The translations under genes were made by a program, and so were the position numbers. The notes under the pieces were generated by a model. That model searched no databases, was not told the DNA's origin, and saw only the letters and a list, made by a program, of their open reading frames with translations. A stretch of DNA of 35,810 nt, taken from positions 1 through 35,810 of the forward strand of contig DASZOW010000076.1 of NCBI GenBank assembly GCA_035550615.1. The letters run 5' to 3'. Below are positions 9,233 through 18,712 of the stretch, piece by piece. This stretch comes from Puia sp. (lineage in GTDB: Bacteria > Bacteroidota > Bacteroidia > Chitinophagales > Chitinophagaceae). Each line of letters opens with the position of its first letter. Within the stretch, counting starts at the first letter, position 1.

Positions 9233-10059
9233 TCCAGGACCAGCTCAATGAAAAACGGGCGGCTTCCGCTTTTAGCAAACAGGCGCTCGTGTTTGACGGA
9301 TATGATGCCGGTAATATGATCATTGCCTACAAACGGGAGCGGGTACGTGAGCATGTGCTCCGATATCTCGGCTCCGACGGCCTGATCCTGGAGTTGAATG
9401 CAGGGACGGGTGAGGATGCCATCTTTTTTGCGCGGCGGGGCCATCGGGTCCATGCCACCGATATTGCCGAGGGCATGCAGGCCGTATTGCGGGACAAGGT
9501 CCGGGAGCAAGGGTTGACCGAGCGTATAAGTTCGGAGGTGTGTTCGTTTACCGCGCTCGAGAGTCTGAGGGATAAAGGGCCCTATGACCTTATCTTTTCC
9601 AACTTTGCCGGACTCAATTGCACGCGGGAGCTGGAAAAGGTCTTATTGTCGTTTCGTCCGTTGTTAAAGCCGGGCGGACAGGTGTCGCTGGTGATCTTGC
9701 CATCGTTTAGCTTATGGGAGACGCTGCTGATGTTCCGGGGCCGCTTCAGGATGGCGTTCCGGCGGCTTTTGGCGGGGAAGAAAGGTGCGCCGGCTAAGGT
9801 GGAAGGGATGCCATTCCGGTGTTGGTATTATCCGGCGTCTTTTGTGAAGCGGGTAATGGCGCGGGATGGTTTCGAGCTATTGGGTCAGGAAGGGCTATGT
9901 ACGTTGGTCCCGCCTTCTTATTTCGAACATTTTGCCGAACGGCATCCCCGGCTCTATCGTTTTTTACGTGGACTAGAGGACCGGTGGAAAGATAAATGGC
10001 CGTGGCGAACTATCGGAGATTACTATATTGTATCGTTTCGTCTGCGACCAGTTCTTTAA
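9229..10059 (+). CDS. Class I SAM methyltransferase
   Basis: ILELNAGTGED, ATDIA, YDLIFSNFAGLNC, LKPGG; ATG at 9229 overlaps the upstream TGA. Confidence 0.87.
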   Translation: MIQDQLNEKRAASAFSKQALVFDGYDAGNMIIAYKRERVREHVLRYLGSDGLILELNAGTGEDAIFFARRGHRVHATDIAEGMQAVLRDKVREQGLTERISSEVCSFTALESLRDKGPYDLIFSNFAGLNCTRELEKVLLSFRPLLKPGGQVSLVILPSFSLWETLLMFRGRFRMAFRRLLAGKKGAPAKVEGMPFRCWYYPASFVKRVMARDGFELLGQEGLCTLVPPSYFEHFAERHPRLYRFLRGLEDRWKDKWPWRTIGDYYIVSFRLRPVL

Positions 10060-10936
10060 GTCTGCGGTGGTATTTTGCGAGGATCTTCCGCTGAAAACGT
10101 TCCGGATCGGGGCGGCTGTAGTGCGGAGAGCATTGCAAGGCCATGATGTCGCCTTTGATGTTGAGGTCTCCGCGTTCCGTTTTCTTTTTCCAGCGAAGGT
10201 CGGTGATCTTATAGAGTTGTTTTTCGAGGACGTCGCCGAGCCGGTTATCGAACAGGCGTTCCAGCAGGCGTTTTAACAGGGATGTGCGGTGATATCCGCG
10301 GCCCGTCCAATGGCGGTGGCGATAATGTGGCAGATAGAGACTTGTCCAGTCGTTGGCTTCAAAGAAGCGGTCCAGGCCGCCGTTGCCGCACATCGGCATC
10401 AGGGTCAGGAGTTCGGTGGCGGTGAAGATGTTCTTCTCGCCGATCTCGAGGGCCTGTTCGTCGACATAGTAGTTCATGCAGAAACGATGCTGGTGGCCGC
10501 GGAGATAGGAGAATTTTTTGAGCAGATGCATCAGGGTCCTGGCAATCCAGAGACGGTTGGCTTTTGTGATAATGAAATAATCGATATCGGACCGGTCATC
10601 GGCGCAACGTTTCGAAAGCGAGCCCGAGATGCATACCCCTACTACATAGGGAAATTGGTAGAGCAGACGGGCATTGCGGGCCGCGATCCGGAGAAGATCA
10701 TCCGCGAGGATCTCGCCGCGTTGTCTTTTTCGAGCCAGGGCCGGATCGTTCTTTACCGAATAATATACGTCGGTGCGGTAAATGAAACCTTGATGTATCA
10801 TCGATCCCAGCTCTTTTTCGAGCGTGGACGTATCTGTTTCCGTATCCAGAAAACGATGGATATCCTCTATTGTCAGCGGGTAGTTGAAAAGATCGAAATA
10901 GGCGATCGTTCTCAGAATGCTTGAATGTAGTTCCAT
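10010..10936 (-). CDS. Pol-beta-superfamily nucleotidyltransferase-domain protein with N-terminal helical/wHTH-like segment
   Basis: GS...DxD signature VCISGSLSK...SDIDYFII; ATG at 10936. Confidence 0.78.
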   Translation of the reverse strand: MELHSSILRTIAYFDLFNYPLTIEDIHRFLDTETDTSTLEKELGSMIHQGFIYRTDVYYSVKNDPALARKRQRGEILADDLLRIAARNARLLYQFPYVVGVCISGSLSKRCADDRSDIDYFIITKANRLWIARTLMHLLKKFSYLRGHQHRFCMNYYVDEQALEIGEKNIFTATELLTLMPMCGNGGLDRFFEANDWTSLYLPHYRHRHWTGRGYHRTSLLKRLLERLFDNRLGDVLEKQLYKITDLRWKKKTERGDLNIKGDIMALQCSPHYSRPDPERFQRKILAKYHRRLKELVADETIQYSNLR

Positions 10937-11061
10937 AGAAAATAGAACGCGTTGGGAAAGCACCCGGTTGCTTGGAGGTGGTGCGCTTTGGCCCTTGCCG
11001 GCTGGCGAGAGGATTGGTTAAGCTGGCAACTGTTGGATCGCCCCCTGCGTTCTTTATTCCG

Positions 11062-11727
11062 ATGAAAAGGATATTCGACCTTACGATCGCTGTATTGGTC
11101 ATCGTTTGCGTGTTGAGCTGGTTGCTGCCCATACTAGCCTTCCTGGTCATTTGGGATTCCGAGGGGCCGGTGTTTTTTGTGCAGAAAAGGGTAGGCCGGT
11201 ATTCCAGGCTTTTTTCCTGTTATAAGTTGCGGACGATGGTTGTCAACGAGCAGGCCGATCGCCGTCCGGCGAGGGGTGACGATGCGCGTATCACCCGGCT
11301 GGGCAGCTGGCTGAGGCGTTCGCATGTCGACGAGCTGCCGCAATTCTTCAACGTCTTGCTGGGATCGATGAGTATTGTCGGGCCGAGGCCGTATATGCCT
11401 GCCGATTGCCGGAGGTTTGCGACTATGGTACCCGACGACAGTGTTCGTTACCTGGTGCGTCCGGGGATCACCGGGTTGGCGCAGGCGAGGGGGTTGCATG
11501 ACGTGTTTTGTGACCGGGAGGTTATCCAGCAGCGTTATCAATGCGACGCCTATTATGTGGCCAATGCGGGGGTTAGGCTGGATCTGTATATTCTTGCCAG
11601 GACCGTCGTCCGGATCCCTTATGCGTGTTGTTCCTGGCTGTGCTTCCACCAGTTTGGACGGATGATTCACGACCCGCGTCTTCGGATATTTGATGCCCAG
11701 GGTAGGCGGAAGGGCTCATGCGATTAA
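11062..11727 (+). CDS. Small monotopic phosphoglycosyl transferase (bacterial sugar transferase, PglC-like)
   Basis: MKRIFDL start, KLRTM, catalytic DELPQ, GSMSIVGPRP, RPGITGLAQ; the C-terminal ~35 aa look non-conserved. Confidence 0.9.
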   Translation: MKRIFDLTIAVLVIVCVLSWLLPILAFLVIWDSEGPVFFVQKRVGRYSRLFSCYKLRTMVVNEQADRRPARGDDARITRLGSWLRRSHVDELPQFFNVLLGSMSIVGPRPYMPADCRRFATMVPDDSVRYLVRPGITGLAQARGLHDVFCDREVIQQRYQCDAYYVANAGVRLDLYILARTVVRIPYACCSWLCFHQFGRMIHDPRLRIFDAQGRRKGSCD

Positions 11728-11798
11728 AAAGCAAGGAGTAATCGGGTGCCGGGGCTTCAGTCGGGATGTGGCGATCGGTGACATGGAACAAATATACT

Positions 11799-11806
11799 TA
11801 TCTTCG
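11799..11806 (+). promoter_or_regulatory. Putative Bacteroidota -7 promoter element (variant TATCTTCG)
   Basis: One mismatch to TAnnTTTG, 4 nt before the ATG at 11811. Confidence 0.5.
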
Positions 11807-11810
11807 GTCC

Positions 11811-14800
11811 ATGCAAAAGAGGTTCTTCCTATTCCTGATATCGCTTACCTTATGTTCTTTGATCAAGGCGCAGCCGCTGCAGTATAGTACCTGTCCCGGT
11901 TGCTGGAATCCCGATTCGCTTGGCAATCACCGTGCAGTGGTTCGGTTTGACGGACCGGGGCCGGTAGCGCATGTGAAGATTGCCTGGAGGCGTCGCGATC
12001 GCGATCCGGCCGGTCACCGGATCATCGTGCAGGATGGCAGGACCGGCGCACGCATCAACAATGTCAAGGCGTTAGCGATTACGCGGGAGGCGGGAGAACT
12101 GGCTTTTCAGCCATCTTCCGGAAAGGGTACTTATTACGTCTACTATTTGCCCTATCGAAATGAAGGCCGGAGCAATTATCCCAAAGGAGTTTACTGGCAA
12201 CCCGATATGACGGCTTCGCGGGAATGGCTGGCGGGGATAGGAAAAATTCCGGCATTGAATTGCAGGGTCGCCGGTATTCAAAGCATCGACTCGTTCAATT
12301 CTTTTTATCCCATGGAGGTCATTGCGACGGCTGCCGAGACGAGATCGCTCAGGGCGAAACATGCAGCTGAGCCGTTCCTGGTTTTTCCCGAGGACCGGGG
12401 TCATTCCATCCGGATGCGCGATGATCTGCCTTACCGCTGGATAAAAGCCGGGCCGCGGAATACCTTTGAGGGAGAGGCCGATCGCGGTGAATATTATGCC
12501 TACCAACTCGGCGTCTATGCTTTGCGGCCGCTGGAGGATGTACAGGTAAAGTTCAGCGCGTTGACGAGCGTTACCGGCAAACGCATCCCGGCTGCGGCAA
12601 GCTCCTGTATCAATACCGCGGGTGTCAGCTATGACGGGCGCCCGTTTACGAAGACAGTGACGGTGGCGGAGGGAAAGGTGCAGGCGCTCTGGTGCGGCAT
12701 CGATGTGCCGGCGTCCACGGCTCCCGGCATTTATTCGGGCACGGCCGTCGTCAGCGATGGTACGGGGTCAACGAGGAAGATCTCCATCCGGCTAACCGTG
12801 AGAGATAAACTGCTCGCTGACGGCGGCGCCGGTAACCCGGCCGCCATGACGCGGCTGAAATGGCTGAACTCCACCCTGGCGCAGGAAAATACGGTCATTG
12901 CGCCTTATATACCATTGAAGATACAGGGAGATACCCTGATCAGTCTGCTGGGCAGGAGCGTAAAGCTCAGCGTTCAGGGATTTCCCGAGCAGATACAGAC
13001 CTTCTTTACGCCTGAGATGACCGATATCGGTACGACGCCGAACAATCTCCTTGCCGAAAATATCCATTTCCATTTTACGCGCCGGTCGGATGGCAAGGAT
13101 ATCCGGCTGAAAGCGCAGGGTGTCCATTTTCTCGAAAAGAGTCCGGGGACGGCCGTCTGGGAGGCCAGCAGCGCGGCCGATGAGTTGAAGATGGAAGTGC
13201 ATGGCTCGCTGGAATTCGACGGCTTCATGGCCTATACCGTCAAGGTGACGGCGTTGCAGGACCTGGACCTCAAGGATATCGTAATGCATATTCCCTTTCA
13301 AAAAGAAGCCGCCGTATATATGATAGGGCTTGGAAGAAAGGGAGGTTACCGGCCCGACAGCATGTATCACTGGAAATGGGATGTCGCGCACAAGAACCAG
13401 GATGGAGCATGGATCGGGACGGTGAACGAGGGATTGCAATACTCCCTGTACGACGAGCATTATGTGCGGCCGCTGAATACAAATTTCTATCTGCAGAAGC
13501 CGCTGGTGGCTCCGTCTTCGTGGGACAATAACGGAAAAGGAGGCATCGACATCGGCATCAAGGGAAAATCCATGCTGGCCAATAATTACAGCGGCGCGCG
13601 GCTGATGAAAAAAGGAGATACCCTGTATTACAATTTCAAACTGCTGATCACCCCGTTCCATACATTGAATACCGATGCACAGTGGGCGATGAGATTCTAT
13701 CATAAATACGATGATCCGCGCATCATCCGAGCTACCGGGGCCACCGTGGTGAACATACATCACGCCACGCCCATAAATCCATGGATCAACTATCCTTTTA
13801 TCGAATGGAAGAAGATGAAGGGATTTATCGATACCGCGCATAGCCTGGGGCTAAAGGTCAAGATCTATAACACGGTCAGGGAGCTTTCCGATCATGCGTA
13901 TGAGATCTTTGCATTGCGCAGTCTCGGCCATGAGATATATCCGGCGGGTCCCGGCAAGGGTTTTTCCTGGCTGCAGGAGCATCTTGGAGATGACTATATT
14001 CCCGCGTGGTTTGTACCGGAGATCAAGGATGCAGCCATCATCAACAGCGGGACCGATGGCGGGGGCAGATGGCATAACTATTATGTCGAGGGCATGAATT
14101 GGCTGGTGCGGAATGTCGGGATCGACGGTATCTATCTCGATGATGTAGCCTTTGACCGGGTAACGATGAAACGGATCAAACGAGTGCTGACGCAGGATGG
14201 TCATCCCGGTATCATCGATCTGCATAGCGCCAATCAATATAATCCCAGAGATGGGTACAACAACAGCGCGAATTTGTACATGGAGCATTTCCCTTATCTC
14301 AACCGGCTTTGGTTCGGGGAGTATTTCGACTATGAGAATAATCCGCCCGATTTCTTTCTCACTGAGGTCAGCGGCATTCCTTTTGGGCTGATGGGGGAGA
14401 TGCTTCAAGGGGGCGGCAATCCCTGGCGGGGTATGGTCTATGGGATGACGAACCGGATGCCCTGGTCGGATAATGCCGATCCGCGACCGATCTGGAAGGC
14501 CTGGGACGATTTCGGGATGCAGGGAACGAAGATGATCGGCTATTGGAGCCCTGCTTGTCCGGTGAAGACGGGTGTGCGCGAGATCCCTGCCACCGTCTAT
14601 AAGAAGCGGGACGCTGTGCTGGTAGCTTTGGCATCCTGGGCCTCGCAGGACACCACGGTAAGGCTTGCGATCGACTGGCAGAGTATCGGTATCGATCCTG
14701 CGCATGCTACTATCGAAGCACCGGAGATCAAAAATTTCCAGCCTGCCCGGCATTTTGCGGTTGGAGATCCGCTGCCGGTGGAAAAGGGTAAGGGCTGGCT

Positions 14801-14816
14801 GCTCGTTATCCGGTAA
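11811..14816 (+). CDS. Large secreted DUF6067-like putative glycoside hydrolase (GH123-like N-terminal region)
   Basis: Signal peptide MQKRFFLFLISLTLCSLIKA|Q; Trp/Tyr-rich barrel-like C-terminal half with GIDGIYLDDVAF; family recalled from sequence features, not searched. Confidence 0.65.
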   Translation: MQKRFFLFLISLTLCSLIKAQPLQYSTCPGCWNPDSLGNHRAVVRFDGPGPVAHVKIAWRRRDRDPAGHRIIVQDGRTGARINNVKALAITREAGELAFQPSSGKGTYYVYYLPYRNEGRSNYPKGVYWQPDMTASREWLAGIGKIPALNCRVAGIQSIDSFNSFYPMEVIATAAETRSLRAKHAAEPFLVFPEDRGHSIRMRDDLPYRWIKAGPRNTFEGEADRGEYYAYQLGVYALRPLEDVQVKFSALTSVTGKRIPAAASSCINTAGVSYDGRPFTKTVTVAEGKVQALWCGIDVPASTAPGIYSGTAVVSDGTGSTRKISIRLTVRDKLLADGGAGNPAAMTRLKWLNSTLAQENTVIAPYIPLKIQGDTLISLLGRSVKLSVQGFPEQIQTFFTPEMTDIGTTPNNLLAENIHFHFTRRSDGKDIRLKAQGVHFLEKSPGTAVWEASSAADELKMEVHGSLEFDGFMAYTVKVTALQDLDLKDIVMHIPFQKEAAVYMIGLGRKGGYRPDSMYHWKWDVAHKNQDGAWIGTVNEGLQYSLYDEHYVRPLNTNFYLQKPLVAPSSWDNNGKGGIDIGIKGKSMLANNYSGARLMKKGDTLYYNFKLLITPFHTLNTDAQWAMRFYHKYDDPRIIRATGATVVNIHHATPINPWINYPFIEWKKMKGFIDTAHSLGLKVKIYNTVRELSDHAYEIFALRSLGHEIYPAGPGKGFSWLQEHLGDDYIPAWFVPEIKDAAIINSGTDGGGRWHNYYVEGMNWLVRNVGIDGIYLDDVAFDRVTMKRIKRVLTQDGHPGIIDLHSANQYNPRDGYNNSANLYMEHFPYLNRLWFGEYFDYENNPPDFFLTEVSGIPFGLMGEMLQGGGNPWRGMVYGMTNRMPWSDNADPRPIWKAWDDFGMQGTKMIGYWSPACPVKTGVREIPATVYKKRDAVLVALASWASQDTTVRLAIDWQSIGIDPAHATIEAPEIKNFQPARHFAVGDPLPVEKGKGWLLVIR

Positions 14817-16215
14817 TAGGGTGCAAGGGGATGGTTGTGGTGACCGTACAGCCATTTCCGGGTTCCGAAGCGATAGCAAAATTGCCATTGTAGAATTCTA
14901 TCCTGTTCCGGATGTTGCGCAGCCCGATCCCCGAAGTCTTTTTCCCGGGGAGGAAGCCGATGCCATCGTCGGCTATGGTCAACTGCAGGTTATTCGTTTT
15001 CCTGAGGCGAATGGTCACGTTCTTTGCTTTGGCGTGTTTGATGATGTTGCTGAGCTGAACCTGTACGATCCGGTAACAGGTGAGCTTTATGCCTTGGTCC
15101 TGGACATCGTCGGTATAGCCGGCGGCATCGAGCTTTACGTGAAAGGACGCCGTATCGGGCAAGCCTTCTATGAGACCGGATATAGCCTGGTCGAGACGGA
15201 CGTCGCCGAGGGAGGGAGCTACGAGCGACTGGGAAAGCTGACGTATCTCTTCCATGGCCGTGTTGAGATTTTTGTGGCTTTTAAACAAAATTCCCGAGAC
15301 TTCTTCGTCGTCGCTCTCATTGATAGCGATGTCGAGATACATTTTTGTGGCTGCGAGGATCTGGTTGATGTTGTCATGCAGCTCTTTGCCGATCTCCTCG
15401 CGTTCTTTTTCCTGGACCTGCATGCTGGTTTCGGTGATCAGTTTCCGCTGGATCTCCGCCTGCATGGCCAGTGCGGCCTGCGCCTTCAACTTCTCGGTGA
15501 TGTCGATCGCCAGCATGAGGATGACATTTTCGTTGTCGTGGACCATGTCGCGGGCGATGACTTCGACATCGATGAGCGTGCCATCTTTTTTTCTGTGTTT
15601 CCAGATACCGGAACGGTATAGCCCGGGATTCCAGGCGTTCCAGAGCGCGCCCGTCTGCATGGAAAGAAACTCTTCCCTGGTATAGCCGTAGTTAGCGACG
15701 GCGGCTTCGTTGGCATCGATGATGCGAAGCGTTTTCAGCGAGAACATCCACATGGGCATCGGATTGGCTTCGAACAATAGTTTATATTTTTGTTCGGAAG
15801 AGCGTAATGCTTCATCGGCTGCCTGCCGGGCCTTCTCCATCTGGCATTTGTCCAAGGCATTCTGCATGGCGTTAGGCAGTCTTTCCAGCCGGTCCTTGAG
15901 TACATAGTCGCTGGCGCCTTCTTTGATGACGTTTACCGCGTACTCCTCGGAGACGGTGGCGGTGACCAGGATAACCGGCGCGGCGATGCCTTCAGCCCTG
16001 GTGATCCGGAGCGCTTCCAGGGAATTGAATGCCGGCAGGGAATGGTCGGAGAGGATGATGTCGGGTTGGAAGTCATGCAATGCCCGGATGAAGTCGGGTT
16101 TGTCGACGACTACTTTCTTTTGGAAGTTGAACCTTGCTTTTCGCAGGATACGGTCGACCATTTCGGCGTCTGCGGCGAGGTCTTCGAGGTGGAGTATTTT
16201 TAGAGGTTGGTCCAT
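14806..16215 (-). CDS. Hybrid REC-PAS-histidine kinase (HisKA_3/NarX-type)
   Basis: N-terminal receiver LHLED...ILSDH...K; PAS LFEANP...HRKKDG; H-box ELHDNINQ; N-box SNIIKHA; DDGIGF, GIGL. Confidence 0.9.
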   Translation of the reverse strand: MDQPLKILHLEDLAADAEMVDRILRKARFNFQKKVVVDKPDFIRALHDFQPDIILSDHSLPAFNSLEALRITRAEGIAAPVILVTATVSEEYAVNVIKEGASDYVLKDRLERLPNAMQNALDKCQMEKARQAADEALRSSEQKYKLLFEANPMPMWMFSLKTLRIIDANEAAVANYGYTREEFLSMQTGALWNAWNPGLYRSGIWKHRKKDGTLIDVEVIARDMVHDNENVILMLAIDITEKLKAQAALAMQAEIQRKLITETSMQVQEKEREEIGKELHDNINQILAATKMYLDIAINESDDEEVSGILFKSHKNLNTAMEEIRQLSQSLVAPSLGDVRLDQAISGLIEGLPDTASFHVKLDAAGYTDDVQDQGIKLTCYRIVQVQLSNIIKHAKAKNVTIRLRKTNNLQLTIADDGIGFLPGKKTSGIGLRNIRNRIEFYNGNFAIASEPGNGCTVTTTIPLHPITG

Positions 16216-16228
16216 ATACTTATTCCGT

Positions 16229-16681
16229 TTATTGCTTATGTGCGGGTAATGGAGGTTGGTTGGTCAGCAGCCAATATAGGCCCAGCTGGCTTACGGCGCG
16301 GGCAAATCCTTCGAAATCCACGGGTTTTACGACATAGCTGTTCACTCCCAGCTGATAGCTGTTGATGATATCCTGTTCTTCCCGGGAAGAGGTCATGATC
16401 ACTACCGGGATGGTCTTGCTGGTTTCGTTGGATTTTAGCTGTTTGAGGACCTCGATGCCATCCACTTTGGGCATCTTGATATCCAGCAGGATCACTTTTG
16501 GGAACTGGTCGGGTTGGCGACCGGCGAATTTTCCCCGGACAAAGATAAAGTCCAGGGCTTCTTCTCCGTCTTTGACATGCACCAGGTTATTAGCCAGGTT
16601 GACCTTTTTCAGGGAGCGAATGGTCATTTCTGCGTCGTGCATATTGTCTTCTACGAGCAGTACTTCGACTTGGGTGTACAT
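16229..16681 (-). CDS. Single-domain response regulator (Rcp1-like)
   Basis: [28 protein letters not shown]. Confidence 0.93.
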   Translation of the reverse strand: MYTQVEVLLVEDNMHDAEMTIRSLKKVNLANNLVHVKDGEEALDFIFVRGKFAGRQPDQFPKVILLDIKMPKVDGIEVLKQLKSNETSKTIPVVIMTSSREEQDIINSYQLGVNSYVVKPVDFEGFARAVSQLGLYWLLTNQPPLPAHKQ

Positions 16682-16715
16682 ATTTGGATAGAATTTAAGT
16701 TTATGGTTCTTTGGC

Positions 16716-18569
16716 TTAGAGCGTCAGTTTAAAATAAAATACCGCACCGTTTCCCAGCGAGGATTCCGCCCATATCCCGCCTTTATGTTTGTCGAGGATG
16801 CGTTTGACCAATGCCAGGCCTATTCCTGTTCCCTCGAATTCCTCGTGGCTGTGGAGGCGTTGAAATACTTTGAATAATTTGTCCGCGTATTTGTTATCGA
16901 ATCCGGCGCCGTTATCGCGTACAAAGTAGACGGGGCGTCCCGCCTCTTCGATGGAGCCGATGGTAATGCGGGGATCCGCCTGTTTGGAGGAATACTTGAT
17001 GGCATTGCCGATGAGGTTCATCCAGACCTGTTTGAGCAGGTCGGGGTCGCCTTTGCAGGAAGGCATGGGGCCGATGTCGATGAGATAGGTGTCGTTCGGC
17101 AGGGCCTGTGACAGTTCGGTAACACAAGCCCGGGCGAGATCTTCCATGTCCACCTGTTGTTTTCTGACCTCCCTTTTTCCGAGCCGGGAGAAGGCGAGCA
17201 GATCGTCGATGAGCTGGCCCATCATTTTTACATTGGCGATGATATTGCCTGTGATCCTTTTGGCTTCATCGTCGAAACTGTCCTCATAGTCTTCTTTGAG
17301 CATGATGGCATATCCGCTGACTGCTCTTAAGGGGGCACGGAGGTCATGGGAAACCGAGTAGGAGAAGGCTTCCAGCTCTTTATTGACCGATTCCAATTCC
17401 TGGGTCCGGCTTTGTACTTTTTTCTCGAGGTCGTCCTGGGTATGATGGATCCTTGTCGTCATGGAATTGAAGGAGGAGGCCAGTCTGCCCAGCTCATCAC
17501 GGCGATAGATGTCTACTTTCGAAGAATAGTCGCCGGCCTCTATGGCGGCTGCGGCACGCATCAGGCGGTCCAGTGGGCGCGTAAAGTTCCGGCTGATCAG
17601 CCAGGCGATCAGGCTGCCTGCAAGGGTGAGGAACGCTCCAATGCCGATGAGCCAGTACAGAAATCGGCTGGCGGCTTCCAGGATCAGCGTCTGAGAGAGC
17701 TCGACCGCGACCCTCCACTTAGTGCCTGGTATGGGCATCGCATAGGCGATCACCTTTCCGCCGGGCCGCATATAGTGCACCGTTTTGCGGGGTTTTTCCA
17801 TCGCTACGGGCGGGGCGGGGACGGGTTTCACCATATCGATCCACAAGGAGCCGTTGTTATTGCCGATATAAAGTGCTGCTTTGGAGCCCAGCAGTTGGGA
17901 TAATTGGTCCACGGTTTTGGTGGTGTTGCGCACGGCCCGCCAGGACAGCAGGTAGCCGAGCGTTTTACCGTTCCCGGCAGTTCTTGCGATAATGGGGTAA
18001 TACAGGCTATCTCCCAGATGATACAGATTTCCTACAATATTGCTATCGGCTTTATCTTCCATTATTTCTTTGGGTATGTTCGGCGGTACCAGCGGTCTAC
18101 CGGATTCCTGGTCCTGGCTGGAAAAAGGCCGGCCAGAGTAGATTGGTCCCGTTCTGTCCTCACGCAAGAGCAGTCCGCCCTGCGGATCGCGCACTTCCAC
18201 CCAGGCCGTCAGCGTGTCGGCCAGCAATTTCTGGAATGCGTCTATGCTATTGCCGGGCATCCTCCTGGTGGCAGGATCGGCGTCAAGGTAATCGACGATC
18301 TCCTTGCTGTTGGCCAGGATCCGACAACGTGTATTCAGGCTATGGGCGGACTGCTGGAACATGCCGGAAAGCTGTTCTGTAAGACTTTGGAGGCGTTGCT
18401 CACCTATGGTCATCGAGGCCCGCCGGATGCTCAGGTAGGAAATCGTGCCGAACAGCAGGATCATCACCAAAAGCAATAGACAGATCAATAGCGGCAGTTG
18501 CAGGCGGATGGAAATCGTCCGTAGAGAAAAACGAGGGTTGCTGGACAGGTTAGTCTTGTTGTGTTTCAT
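16716..18569 (-). CDS. Membrane sensor histidine kinase with extracytoplasmic domain, HAMP and HisKA/HATPase
   Basis: Two TM segments; HAMP RPLDRL...[13 protein letters not shown]; H-box [14 protein letters not shown]; [22 protein letters not shown]. Confidence 0.92.
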   Translation of the reverse strand: MKHNKTNLSSNPRFSLRTISIRLQLPLLICLLLLVMILLFGTISYLSIRRASMTIGEQRLQSLTEQLSGMFQQSAHSLNTRCRILANSKEIVDYLDADPATRRMPGNSIDAFQKLLADTLTAWVEVRDPQGGLLLREDRTGPIYSGRPFSSQDQESGRPLVPPNIPKEIMEDKADSNIVGNLYHLGDSLYYPIIARTAGNGKTLGYLLSWRAVRNTTKTVDQLSQLLGSKAALYIGNNNGSLWIDMVKPVPAPPVAMEKPRKTVHYMRPGGKVIAYAMPIPGTKWRVAVELSQTLILEAASRFLYWLIGIGAFLTLAGSLIAWLISRNFTRPLDRLMRAAAAIEAGDYSSKVDIYRRDELGRLASSFNSMTTRIHHTQDDLEKKVQSRTQELESVNKELEAFSYSVSHDLRAPLRAVSGYAIMLKEDYEDSFDDEAKRITGNIIANVKMMGQLIDDLLAFSRLGKREVRKQQVDMEDLARACVTELSQALPNDTYLIDIGPMPSCKGDPDLLKQVWMNLIGNAIKYSSKQADPRITIGSIEEAGRPVYFVRDNGAGFDNKYADKLFKVFQRLHSHEEFEGTGIGLALVKRILDKHKGGIWAESSLGNGAVFYFKLTL

Positions 18570-18686
18570 GTGTGGTAATGGCAAGCGTAGATGGACTGAG
18601 CACTATAAAATACGCAAATTAGTTGAAAGCAGGAAATCGCGCCTATTAAAATTCGCTTAATATTCCATGACCTTTGAGGGAATGGC

Positions 18687-18694
18687 TATATTTG
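18687..18694 (+). promoter_or_regulatory. Bacteroidota -7 promoter element TATATTTG
   Basis: Perfect TAnnTTTG, 18 nt upstream of the ATG at 18713. Confidence 0.65.
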
Positions 18695-18712
18695 GCAAAT
18701 CAGAAAGAAGTT

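Noticed and set aside
3672-11810. RiPP precursor peptide for the SPASM/B12 enzymes
   Set aside because: Gaps are very short or contain no credible small ORF, and no RRE, protease or C39 domain is present; one upstream of the window cannot be excluded
12792-15621. Long alternative ORFs 12792-13841, 13851-14888 and 14665-15621
   Set aside because: Antisense to well-supported genes, with no protein family features
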